Shown here piece after piece: positions 18,474-31,179 of a DNA stretch of 41,390 nucleotides. Position numbers and translations under genes: made by a program. Below the pieces are notes generated by a model. That model was not told the DNA's origin. It saw only the letters and a list, made by a program, of their open reading frames with translations, and did no database searches. Source of the DNA: a bacterium (GTDB lineage Bacteria; RBG-13-61-14; DATKZS01); NCBI GenBank assembly GCA_046484135.1, contig JAWOBU010000060.1, positions 1 through 41,390 on the forward strand, written 5' to 3'. The stretch's first letter is position 1, and the number at the start of each line of letters is the position of its first letter.

Positions 18474-21400
18474 TTAGTGGCCCGGCGTGTCCCAGGTTAT
18501 GAGGTCCCGGGAGCGCGCGACGCCTATTTTGCCGTGTCCCCTGCCCTGGAAGCTTTCCGAGTCGTTGGAACCAGCATAAAACAGATAAAAGTGACCGTCG
18601 TACTCCCGGAAGTCGCAAAGGTACGAGGAGTTGGCGTGCATGACTTGGTTCCAGTCCTCGTAAGGCACCTCGAGACGGCGGCGATCCTTCCAGTTCGCCC
18701 AGTGCTCGAGCCTGGTTCCGTCGCCTTGCATCTCGAAAAGGTAAGGCTCATGGTTGCCGGTGTAGGCGCCTCCGATGAGCGTCTTCCAGAACTTGGATGG
18801 GTCCCGCGCAGTGGCCATCATGCGCCATGATCCCTCCAGCTTCAGGAACTGGTAGTTCTCCGCCCAGCCGCCGTCCACGCTGACCTTGACCGGCGGCAGC
18901 CATTCTCCGTCGAGCTTCTTCTCCCTCGACCGGGTCACATAAAACGTCTGGTCCCCCTTGTACCCGAGGAAGTAGTACCCGTGGTGGCGTGCCAGGGCCC
19001 CGTCAATCTGTCGCTGGTCGGGATGATTGCCGGGCGCCAGTTTCCTGGCGGGGCTCCAGTCTTCGAGGTCTTCGGAAGTCGAGTAATATAGCCTCCGGAA
19101 GTAGTCTCCGGCCCCCGCCTGGAAGACCATGTACCACTTATCCCCGATCCTGGTTACGTCCGGCGAGCCGGGGTTGGGCGAGTTATGGAAGACCTTGAGG
19201 TCCGGGTCGTGAATACACTCATAGGTCTTGAAGTCGCGGGTCCGGTAGAAGCATTCCTTCCTGGTCTTTCTTTGCGGGTCGTTCTCGTCAAAGCGGTTGC
19301 TGGGGAATATATAGAAGGTGTCGGCGCTCTCTTTATAAATCACTGCCTGGTCTTTGAGCATCCGGTTTGGAGCTGCCAGCACCGGGTTCTCGAGGTTTTC
19401 CCAGTCAATGAACTTATTCGTCTTCTTCTTTGGCAGCTCGCCTTCTTCAAGGATGCGGGAGTAGTAAGGCTCACTGCTCAAGCCCTTGTTGGGCGCGTCG
19501 CTCATCTCGAAGACTATCTCGCCTCCGTGTCTTATCAGGTCGTGGGTAAACCAGGGCTTGGAAAGTCTCTTGCCGCACACGTTCACGCTCCTTACGTAAT
19601 CCTTGGCCGGTCCTCCCTTGGCTTTTATGACCAGGTCGCCGCCCGGCAAGTGGACTGTGGCCTCATGAAAAAGCGGCCTGCCCACGAGGTACAAGTCGGA
19701 GCCCGCTACCGGATAGAACCCGAGCGCGCTGAACACGTACCATGCGGAAAGGGTACCGCTGTCGTCGTTCCCGTCCAATCCGTCGGGCGCGTTTTTGTAC
19801 TTTTCCTCCATGATCCATTTCACCCACTTCTGTGTGAGGTCCGGCCTGTCCGCGTAGTTGAAAAGGTAAGCGGCGTGGATGTCCGGCTCGTTCCCGTGCC
19901 AGTAGTATGTATCGGGCAGCAGGGTGTCGGGCCGGCGAGCGCTTTTTTCAAAGAACGTATCAAGCCTTTTCGCGAACTCTTCTTTGCCTCCCATTAGCTC
20001 GATCAGTCCTGCGGCGTCATGGGCAGAAGCCCAAAGCCACTGCCTGGCGTTCCCTTCCACGTAATAGGAGGTCCACAAGGACGGAAAGAAAGGTTTTTCA
20101 AACTCGCCGTTCTTTTTTCTGCTGCGGATGAAACCGCTCTTTTCGTGCCAGAGCTTCCGCCAGTTTCGGGACCTGGACATGAACAGGTCGCGGTCCTCGT
20201 CCTTTCCCAGCGCGCCCGCCAGGTTTGCCAGGCACCAGTCGTTGTAGCTGAACTCGATGGTGCGGGAAGCAGCGGACCGGTAAAGGTCTCCGGGCACGTA
20301 TCCCAGCTCCCGGTAGGGTTCGATGCCTACCATTCCATCGTAGCCCGCTTGTTCGGGCACGGCCTTGGTCGCGAGCTTGCGGGAGGCGTCATACGCCTGT
20401 TGGGCGTCAAAGCCGGTTACGCCTTTCAGATATGCGTCCGCGAGCACGTTTATGGCGGAGGCCCCGATCATGCAGGAGGAGTAACGATAGCCGGTGGGCC
20501 ACTTGGGCAGGTAACCGCCCTGTTCCGACATCTTGACCAGCGACTGCATCATGTCCGCGGAGCGCTCCGGCCGGATAAGGTTCAAAAGTGGGTGGAGGGT
20601 CCGGAAGGTGTCCCACAGCGAGAAGTCGGTGTAGTAGTCGAAGCCGCGTGCTTTATGGACCTCAGCGTCCAGGCCGCGGTAGAGCCCGCCGGCCTCGGTT
20701 ACATTGGTCGGCATGATCATGCTGTGGTAGAACGCGGTGCGGAAAATCTTTCGCTGGTCTTTTGTGCCTCCCTTGACCTCGATTACGGAGAGGGCCTCCC
20801 GCCACGCCTGTGCCGCGGACTCCCGGACCTCCGGGAAGCTCCTGCCGGCAAGCTCCATGTCCAGGTGTCGCCGTGCCTGCTCCTCGCTTATAAAGGAAAG
20901 ACCCACCTCGATCTCGACCGGCCCTCCGGCGGGGACCTCCACCCAGGCACCCGTCTTCCTGCCGGAATCGCCGAAGGTGCCCTGCCCCTTTATCTTGCCC
21001 CTGACCTTCACCGCGAAAAAAATTTCCACTCCCCCCTGCCGGCCGGTGAGGCTGCCGCAGTTCAGAACCCGGCCGTGGAAAACGCCCGCTTGTGATGAAG
21101 CTTCCAGGCTTGCGCCGCAAGTGCCGTCCTCTGCTATGGAGTGGGAAGAATCTATCACGATCCTTGCGCGCTTTCCTTCGGGAAAAGTGTAGCGGTGCAG
21201 GCCGCACCTGCGGGTCGCGGTGAGTTCCGCCTTTATGCCGCTGTCAAGCTCGACCCTGTAATAGCCGGGCTCTGCCTCTTCTTTGTCGTGGGAAAAGCCC
21301 GCCCGAAAGCTCGATTTCTTGTCGTAGTCTCCCGAGGTGTTCAGGGTGGGCATTACCAGCACGTTGCCGTAATCCACGACCCCGATGCCGGAGAGCCGGG

Positions 21401-21659
21401 TATGGCTGAAACCCCGCACCTGGTTGTCCGTATAGTGATAGCCCGAGCAGTGGTGAAAGCTCACATGCATACCCGCCCGTGAAGTGTCGGGCCCGGGCCG
21501 TGCCATGCCGAACGGCAGAGAAGGGCCGGGAAAGGTGCTGCCCACCCCGTAGCCGGTGCCGCCGGTGCCTATGAAGGGGTTCACCTCACTTGCGGCCACA
21601 ACAGGGGAAAAAAGTAAAAGGACAATCGAAAGAACGAAAAAGAGCCGTATCGGCTTCAT
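18474..21659 (-). CDS. Secreted GH92 alpha-mannosidase fused to a C-terminal beta-propeller glycosidase-like (GH43/32-clan-like) domain
   Basis: Signal peptide; 'VNPFIGTGG', 'FSHTRLSG.G..DYG', 'FSLWDTFR', 'EGNA.QW', 'HGNEPD.H', 'GNDD.G.LSAWYVFSALG.YP'; extra ~330 aa with 'NPV...KD', 'GSPDV', 'IDG', 'WAENYQF'. Confidence 0.9.
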   Translation of the reverse strand: MKPIRLFFVLSIVLLLFSPVVAASEVNPFIGTGGTGYGVGSTFPGPSLPFGMARPGPDTSRAGMHVSFHHCSGYHYTDNQVRGFSHTRLSGIGVVDYGNVLVMPTLNTSGDYDKKSSFRAGFSHDKEEAEPGYYRVELDSGIKAELTATRRCGLHRYTFPEGKRARIVIDSSHSIAEDGTCGASLEASSQAGVFHGRVLNCGSLTGRQGGVEIFFAVKVRGKIKGQGTFGDSGRKTGAWVEVPAGGPVEIEVGLSFISEEQARRHLDMELAGRSFPEVRESAAQAWREALSVIEVKGGTKDQRKIFRTAFYHSMIMPTNVTEAGGLYRGLDAEVHKARGFDYYTDFSLWDTFRTLHPLLNLIRPERSADMMQSLVKMSEQGGYLPKWPTGYRYSSCMIGASAINVLADAYLKGVTGFDAQQAYDASRKLATKAVPEQAGYDGMVGIEPYRELGYVPGDLYRSAASRTIEFSYNDWCLANLAGALGKDEDRDLFMSRSRNWRKLWHEKSGFIRSRKKNGEFEKPFFPSLWTSYYVEGNARQWLWASAHDAAGLIELMGGKEEFAKRLDTFFEKSARRPDTLLPDTYYWHGNEPDIHAAYLFNYADRPDLTQKWVKWIMEEKYKNAPDGLDGNDDSGTLSAWYVFSALGFYPVAGSDLYLVGRPLFHEATVHLPGGDLVIKAKGGPAKDYVRSVNVCGKRLSKPWFTHDLIRHGGEIVFEMSDAPNKGLSSEPYYSRILEEGELPKKKTNKFIDWENLENPVLAAPNRMLKDQAVIYKESADTFYIFPSNRFDENDPQRKTRKECFYRTRDFKTYECIHDPDLKVFHNSPNPGSPDVTRIGDKWYMVFQAGAGDYFRRLYYSTSEDLEDWSPARKLAPGNHPDQRQIDGALARHHGYYFLGYKGDQTFYVTRSREKKLDGEWLPPVKVSVDGGWAENYQFLKLEGSWRMMATARDPSKFWKTLIGGAYTGNHEPYLFEMQGDGTRLEHWANWKDRRRLEVPYEDWNQVMHANSSYLCDFREYDGHFYLFYAGSNDSESFQGRGHGKIGVARSRDLITWDTPGH

Positions 21660-21708
21660 GGCCTCTCCCATCATCTGTAAGCTGTATTTCCGGGGCAGGA
21701 GAAATGGC

Positions 21709-21762
21709 GGACACTGTGCAAGAGACTTAAAGTCGCGACTAAAGTCGCTCGCACTGGAGTCC
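21709..21762. repeat. REP-like doublet (perfect copy plus degenerate inverted copy) forming a hairpin
   Basis: GTGCAAGAGACTTAAAGTCGCGA overlaps TCGCGACTAAAGTCGCTCGCAC, closed by GGAC...GTCC. Confidence 0.7.
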
Positions 21763-21766
21763 GGTG

Positions 21767-23140
<1,374 letters not shown>

Positions 23141-23237
23141 TCAGGCTCTCCTTGTCTTGCTCCTGCTGAAGCTGTTCATGCGGAAACCGTCGGGCCTCTC
23201 CACAGGCCGGCCGTCTATATAGAATTAAAATAAGCCT

Positions 23238-25277
23238 TCAGGGATTGTCAACCAAACCCGGCTTCTCCGAGGCTCCGGCCCGGGACAACCCCTCCCCTTC
23301 GTTCGGAACGATTACGATAAACCGGGTCCCCTGCCCCGGCTCGGAAAGACACTGGATAGAACCGCCGTGGGCGTTCACGATTCTTCGAACGATGCTGAGA
23401 CCCAGGCCGGTGCCCTCTTTCTTGGTGGAGTAAAAAGGGTTATATATCTTTTCCCAAAACTCCTTTGGAATACCCGGACCCGTGTCCTCGACCTCGAGGC
23501 GCCAAGACACCGCGCTCTCCGGGCTTACCCTTACTGTCAATACGCCTTCGCCCTCCATGGCCTGGAGAGCGTTCAAACACACGTTCCAGATGAGCTGCCG
23601 GAGCTGGCCGTCGTCAAACAGGACGGGAGGCATTTGCTCCAGCTCGGTTACGATTTCCACTTTACCTTTCAACTCCGCGTCTTCCTCTATGAGCTGCACT
23701 ATCTCCCGCACCAGGCCGACCAGGTCTATCCGGACCCGGTTCGGTTCCTGCGGCTTGGCAAACAACAGGAAGTCGGTAAGGCTCGAGTTCAACCGCCGGG
23801 CCTCCCGCCGGATCAGGCTTATGATCCTTTCGTTCTCCTCCGCGGTCCTCCGACCGGACTCGAGAAGCGAGATCCCGCTCAATATGGCGGACAGGGGGTT
23901 ACGTATTTCATGGGCCAGGCCCGCGGACACCTCACCCAAAGTGGCCAGCCGCTCCTGCTCCAGCAGGGCCTCGGTCTGCTCCTGCACCTTGGCCTCCAGG
24001 TTCCGGTTGATCTCGAAAAGCTCGGTCTCAAGCCACTTGCGCTCCGTAATGTCCCGGAAGACCAGAAGCCAGCTCATGGTCCCGTCCGGGTTGCCGAGTT
24101 CCGTCTCCAGGACCTCGTATACCTTGTTGCTGTCCGGTACCTGAACCTCGCGCTTCTGCAAGCCGTCCCCCCTGTCCCCGGAGAAAGGGCAGTACTCACA
24201 AGGCTCGTCCCTGCCGAACAAAAGCTCGTGACATTTCTTGCCGGCAGCGGAACCGAAGGCCGCTTCCAGGCTGGGGTTAATGTACTCGATATAATGCTCG
24301 TCTCCGAACACCACGCACAAACCGTCCGCCATCCTCTCAAAGAGGTTGATAAGGAAGTCCCTCTCTTGCTGGGCCCGCTCCTGCATCAAGGTCAGCTCTT
24401 CCGTGCGGTGCCGGACCTCCGACTCGAGCTGACGGTTATAGTTGCGCACCAGCTCCCGCATCTCGGTAAAAGACTCGGCCAACTCCCCTAACTCGTCATC
24501 CCGCATCGGCGCGAGAGGATAATCATAGTTTCCGCCGCCCATGGCGGACACTGCGTTGCTGATCCTCGAGATGGGCTTCAAAAAGAACCTGCGCGAGCCG
24601 AGCCACAGGATGGCGAACATGATGATGCCCAGGGCCAGGATGGCCACCATGAGCTGCACGGCCGCCCCCCGGGCCTGCACCAGGTTCCCTTCCACCGGGA
24701 ACTCGATGCTGATGCCCCCCCGTACCTGGCCGACCTTGAAGGCCCTCTCCTGGTGGCATTTCATGCAGGAGGCCTCGCTCTTGATCGGAGCCATGTATCG
24801 AAAGGTGGGTCGAGGTCCCTCGTCCTTTAAAACGTAGCTCTCCTTTTTGCCTTCTTTAAAGGCCTGAAGTGAGCGGGCCTCCCACGCGTCCGGTCTGTTG
24901 GAGGGGTTGATGGGATTGAGACTGACCAGCCGGAAGCTCGAGATACCCTCCTTCTCCGAGAGCTCCGACATCTCCCGCGTTACCACCTCGGGCGAACGCA
25001 AGGTGATGGGCTCGCCCGAAAGAGTGGCGGTGTCCGCGCCGTTCAGAAAAGGGATGGGTTCCACAAAGGGGGCCTTGCGCACGTAAACGCCGCCGTGGCG
25101 GGCCAGCCACCGCCGCGTAATAACGATCTGGTTGAACATGGCCCGGCCCTGGTTGACAAAAGCCGTCTTGATGTCCTGCCTGCTTTGATAAAAAAGATAC
25201 ACGGAAAAAAGGCCGATGGGCACCAGTACCCCCACAAGGGAGAGAAGCAAAAGGGTGGATCTTAGTCTAAGCCTCAT
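23238..25277 (-). CDS. Sensor histidine kinase with periplasmic heme-c (DUF3365/Tll0287-like), HAMP and PAS domains
   Basis: Two TM helices flank a domain with CMKCH; HAMP 'DELGELAESF'; PAS; 'AHEIRNPL', 'NALQAM', 'DTGPGI', 'GTGLGL'. Confidence 0.92.
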   Translation of the reverse strand: MRLRLRSTLLLLSLVGVLVPIGLFSVYLFYQSRQDIKTAFVNQGRAMFNQIVITRRWLARHGGVYVRKAPFVEPIPFLNGADTATLSGEPITLRSPEVVTREMSELSEKEGISSFRLVSLNPINPSNRPDAWEARSLQAFKEGKKESYVLKDEGPRPTFRYMAPIKSEASCMKCHQERAFKVGQVRGGISIEFPVEGNLVQARGAAVQLMVAILALGIIMFAILWLGSRRFFLKPISRISNAVSAMGGGNYDYPLAPMRDDELGELAESFTEMRELVRNYNRQLESEVRHRTEELTLMQERAQQERDFLINLFERMADGLCVVFGDEHYIEYINPSLEAAFGSAAGKKCHELLFGRDEPCEYCPFSGDRGDGLQKREVQVPDSNKVYEVLETELGNPDGTMSWLLVFRDITERKWLETELFEINRNLEAKVQEQTEALLEQERLATLGEVSAGLAHEIRNPLSAILSGISLLESGRRTAEENERIISLIRREARRLNSSLTDFLLFAKPQEPNRVRIDLVGLVREIVQLIEEDAELKGKVEIVTELEQMPPVLFDDGQLRQLIWNVCLNALQAMEGEGVLTVRVSPESAVSWRLEVEDTGPGIPKEFWEKIYNPFYSTKKEGTGLGLSIVRRIVNAHGGSIQCLSEPGQGTRFIVIVPNEGEGLSRAGASEKPGLVDNP

Positions 25278-25374
25278 GAAACGGCAACTCGCTGGAACCT
25301 TGCATTCGTCGTGTTTTTATGATAACAAATAACATGAAAGAGTTAAATGTTCGTGTTCCGGACAGGGGCGAAAA

Positions 25375-25569
25375 ATGAAGTTCATAGGCGATCCCGAGGG
25401 CATCGAGGCCCTGAAAACCATGAAGGAGAACCGCCTGGAGTACTTGAAGTACCTGCTCCAGGAAGCGCAGACCAACGTGGACCATACCACTTACTTCAAG
25501 GACAACGAGGTGTCTTACAAGATCGTGTTCGACCCCATGAACGGGACCCTGGACGTGCAGAAAACCTGA
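25375..25569 (+). CDS. Small hypothetical protein (64 aa)
   Basis: Host-like GC3 codon usage, globular-looking sequence, purine-rich RBS. Confidence 0.65.
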   Translation: MKFIGDPEGIEALKTMKENRLEYLKYLLQEAQTNVDHTTYFKDNEVSYKIVFDPMNGTLDVQKT

Positions 25570-25622
25570 CGGATACCGCCCTTTCACAACCCGCTGACTC
25601 TGCCGCGTCAAAGGAGGGTGTC

Positions 25623-26405
25623 ATGACCGGCCCGGCAATAAAACAGACGACACTCGCGGCAACCGTGTTCCTTCTGGCTTTTATTATCGCTTTTCCCCTG
25701 TTCGCCGCCGACACCAAAAGCTCGAAGGACCAGCCCGACTCCGGCCAGGAAGAAAAACCGGTAAAGCCCACGCCCGAGAAGAAGAAAAAGATAAAAAAGC
25801 TTATAAGCATCATCGAGTCCAAGCCCACCGGCGTTTTCATCAACAACCGGGGAAGGGTGAAGAGCGGTCCCGAACACCGGCCCTATAACCCGGACGGCAG
25901 CAGGAACGAGAACTTCCGGGTGGTCCCGGAAACAGAGTCCGGGGAGGCCGCCGGAGTGCTTAACCATAAGAAGAAGCGCGGCCGGGCGGTTAAAGAGCTC
26001 ATCAGCATGGGCAGGCCCGCGGTGCCGCAGGTGGTCGGCGCTCTCATGCACGAAGGCCGCGAGTTCAGGTACCTGTACGCTTATATCCTGGGCGAGATCG
26101 GAGACCCCCGCGCGGTGCCCGCCTTGATAAAGTACATGGAAGACGGAAAGATGAAGCTCGACATGAAAAAGTCCTACGAAAAGCTCGGCAAAAAAAAGAT
26201 GGCAAGACAAATGGAAAAAGAGGGCCGCGGCATGATCTCGGACGCCGCGGGCTCGCTCGAGGCGATCACCGGCGAAGATTACGGCCCGGACCTCCGAAAA
26301 TGGAAAGCATGGTGGAAAAGGAACCGCTCGAAATACGGACCGCCCATTCCGCTTGTCCAGCATACCGCCAATCCCCCCGATTCCCGCTCCCGAAACCAAA
26401 AGTAA
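25623..26405 (+). CDS. Exported HEAT/PBS-lyase repeat protein
   Basis: Signal peptide, 'AVKELISMGRPAVPQVVGAL', 'AYILGEIGDPRAVPALI', 'LEAITGEDYG.D..KWKAWW' tail; ATG after GGAGGG. Confidence 0.8.
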   Translation: MTGPAIKQTTLAATVFLLAFIIAFPLFAADTKSSKDQPDSGQEEKPVKPTPEKKKKIKKLISIIESKPTGVFINNRGRVKSGPEHRPYNPDGSRNENFRVVPETESGEAAGVLNHKKKRGRAVKELISMGRPAVPQVVGALMHEGREFRYLYAYILGEIGDPRAVPALIKYMEDGKMKLDMKKSYEKLGKKKMARQMEKEGRGMISDAAGSLEAITGEDYGPDLRKWKAWWKRNRSKYGPPIPLVQHTANPPDSRSRNQK

Positions 26406-26470
26406 TAACAAAGACCGGCTCTGTCCCCGGGCCGGCAATCGAGATGGGAGAGCATGCTTTCCGGCCCGGT

Positions 26471-27646
26471 TCACCACACGCAGTTGCAGCGGCCCAGGTT
26501 CTCCTCCAGCCCGAGCTTCTCCCATGTCCTTGTTTCTTCAAGACATAAGGCGATATCGAGATCGGGCCGGACCTGGCGGGCCGCTTCCATGATACTCTCG
26601 TACATCTCGAGACGCAGATCCTCGGAGTACCTTGCCCGGCCGTCTTCCGACACTGCCCCTTCGGCGATTCCACGGGAGATGGCGTTCCCCCGCTCGAGCT
26701 TCCTCTCCAAAAGCCTTCCGGCGTTCCCGTAGATGCAGATCCCGCCCAGGGTGAGCCTTTGCAGGGGCACCCGGGAGAGAAGCTCCCTGGTGAACTCCCG
26801 GTAATACTCCCGCCGGCCGGGAACCGGTATCAAGGGCATCATCACCGCCCGCACCGGGTAGCCTTTGTCGGAAACGCGCTCCATGGCCCGGAGCCGGTCT
26901 TCCACCTTGGGCACGTTCTCCTCGAAACGGGAGGCTATCGCGGGCGGGTTCACGCTCCAGGAGAGCACGGTGTGGCCGCGGTGAGGAAGTTCGAGAAGCC
27001 TTCTCACATCAGCGCTCTTGGTAAGCAGGGTCATCCGGGCGTACTCGTGGTTCGCGAAGAAGGGCACTAAAACCTCGGAGTAGCCGGTGAGGGGGTCCAG
27101 GGCCAGCCCGTCCTGGAGCTTGCCGAGGTAAAACGCCACCGGCCTCGCGGTCTTATGTGCGGCCCGGTCAATCTCTTTCAATATCTCTGGGAGGTTCAAA
27201 AAGACCTTGACCGCGGGCGAGTGCCAGAAAGTGGGAGTCCCGGCGAGATAACAGTATTGACAACCGTAAAAGCAGAAGCCCCAGGGAGAGAAATGCCAGT
27301 AGTTGGGGCAGGTGTTTTCCTCTTCAGAGCTGAAGCGGACCGCGCTCTTGTGCTCGCCGAAAACCAGGGTAGATTTGCCCTTGTCGGAACGTCGTAAGGG
27401 GTCCTTCTCTCCGAGATCAATCCGGTTGTGGGGGACGTCATAACACTCCACTATCTCCGCGTCCGGGTAAAGAGCACAAATGCCGGAAATGTAGCTCTGC
27501 CTCTCCTCGGTGGCGTTGCTGCCCCGGGCCAGAGCGATCCGATCCACCCGGAAAAACTCGGGCCTTTTCGGGCAATAATCCTCGGGCAGACGCGCCTTTT
27601 CGGGACCGGGACCGAACAGCTCCAAGTTTTCCGTTTTTCTATCCAT
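26471..27646 (-). CDS. Spore photoproduct lyase (SplB)-like radical SAM protein
   Basis: CFYGCQYCYL (CxxxCxxC), 'DGLALDPLTG', 'LLTKS', 'LSWSVNP......E...P....RL.A', terminal 'LCLE....W'. Confidence 0.85.
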   Translation of the reverse strand: MDRKTENLELFGPGPEKARLPEDYCPKRPEFFRVDRIALARGSNATEERQSYISGICALYPDAEIVECYDVPHNRIDLGEKDPLRRSDKGKSTLVFGEHKSAVRFSSEEENTCPNYWHFSPWGFCFYGCQYCYLAGTPTFWHSPAVKVFLNLPEILKEIDRAAHKTARPVAFYLGKLQDGLALDPLTGYSEVLVPFFANHEYARMTLLTKSADVRRLLELPHRGHTVLSWSVNPPAIASRFEENVPKVEDRLRAMERVSDKGYPVRAVMMPLIPVPGRREYYREFTRELLSRVPLQRLTLGGICIYGNAGRLLERKLERGNAISRGIAEGAVSEDGRARYSEDLRLEMYESIMEAARQVRPDLDIALCLEETRTWEKLGLEENLGRCNCVW

Positions 27647-27739
27647 GAGGAAATCTCACCGTTACAGTTCGCAATATAACATGATAAGGGCCTGCAAAGT
27701 CACTCCCCCTCACTTGTGATCAGATTTCTTCTGCTATCC

Positions 27740-27776
27740 GGTTATGTTAAATCAAAAGGCCCTGGTTATGTTAAAT
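27740..27776. promoter_or_regulatory. Tandem 13-bp direct repeat containing the XerD-type half-site TTATGTTAAAT
   Basis: GGTTATGTTAAAT at 27740-27752 and 27764-27776 (24-bp period). Confidence 0.65.
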
Positions 27777-27908
27777 AGAAGGAGGCGAATACTTTAGCCA
27801 CCTTCCCTTTTACAAGCTTTCGCCCCCCTCCCGGAACCGCTTCAGGCCCTGCCACGTAACTTCCTGAATTATTTAAGTAAAATAATGCTCTCCCCTTGCG
27901 TTTTTCCC

Positions 27909-27937
27909 TTGCAAAAAGCCCCTTTTAGTGGTAAAAT
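27909..27937 (+). promoter_or_regulatory. sigma70-type promoter for gyrB
   Basis: TTGCAA-17 bp-TAAAAT with extended TG. Confidence 0.6.
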
Positions 27938-28130
27938 GAGATATAATGAAAATTTGTCTTGAACCGCCAATTACAAAACAGAATCAGCCGTGACAAGAAA
28001 ACGGGAGAGGCGGCCGCAACAAGCCGGAAATGCTTAATAAAAAGGCTTTAAAGCCTCGGCTCCAGGGGGCCTCGGTTTTTTATTATTGAAAACATTTGCC
28101 CTGAACTCAAACCAGTCCATATATTTATAA

Positions 28131-30587
<2,457 letters not shown>

Positions 30588-30602
30588 CCCGGGACGAAAG
30601 AA

Positions 30603-31124
30603 ATGTCTTTACTTGATATAGTGAAGTTTCCCGAGCCCGTGCTTTCCCGCGAAGCCGAAGAGGTGAAAGACATAAACGCGGACCTGGAGAAACTCGTCAT
30701 GGACATGGCCGAGACCATGTACCACGCGCCGGGCGTGGGCCTTGCCGCCAACCAGGTGGGCATCCCCAGAAAGATCGCCATCATAGACGTATCGGAGAGC
30801 GACGAGGCCAAGAACACCATGGTGCTCGTAAACCCCCGCATCGTCCAGGCGAGCGAGGACAAGGACGTGATGGAGGAAGGATGCCTGTCCGTGCCCGATT
30901 TCCAGGCCGAGGTGGAAAGGGCCCTCCACGTAACCGTGGCCGCCAAGAACCTGAAAGGCGAGGACGTGGAGATCGAAGCCAGCGGCTTCCTGGCCCGGGT
31001 GGTCCAGCACGAGGTGGACCATCTTTACGGCAACCTGTTTATAGACCGCATCGGAAAGCTGAAGCGCGACCGGTACGTACGGCAGCGGAAGAAAGCCCTG
31101 CAAAAAGACAAGAACCTTCTATAG
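30603..31124 (+). CDS. def: Peptide deformylase
   Basis: GVGLAANQVG, EGCLS and QHEVDHL motifs. Confidence 0.97.
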   Translation: MSLLDIVKFPEPVLSREAEEVKDINADLEKLVMDMAETMYHAPGVGLAANQVGIPRKIAIIDVSESDEAKNTMVLVNPRIVQASEDKDVMEEGCLSVPDFQAEVERALHVTVAAKNLKGEDVEIEASGFLARVVQHEVDHLYGNLFIDRIGKLKRDRYVRQRKKALQKDKNLL

Positions 31125-31179
31125 CTCCCGCCACCAGAAGCAAGAATTTTCCAAAAGGCAATTCTCTTTTTCAAACGCC

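Noticed and set aside
25347..25622. N-terminal extension of the 352-aa ORF
   Set aside because: Overlaps the better 64-aa ORF; the real start with RBS and signal peptide is at 25623.
27725..27776. Chromosomal dif site
   Set aside because: Only XerD arms are present; there is no XerC arm at 6-8 bp spacing.
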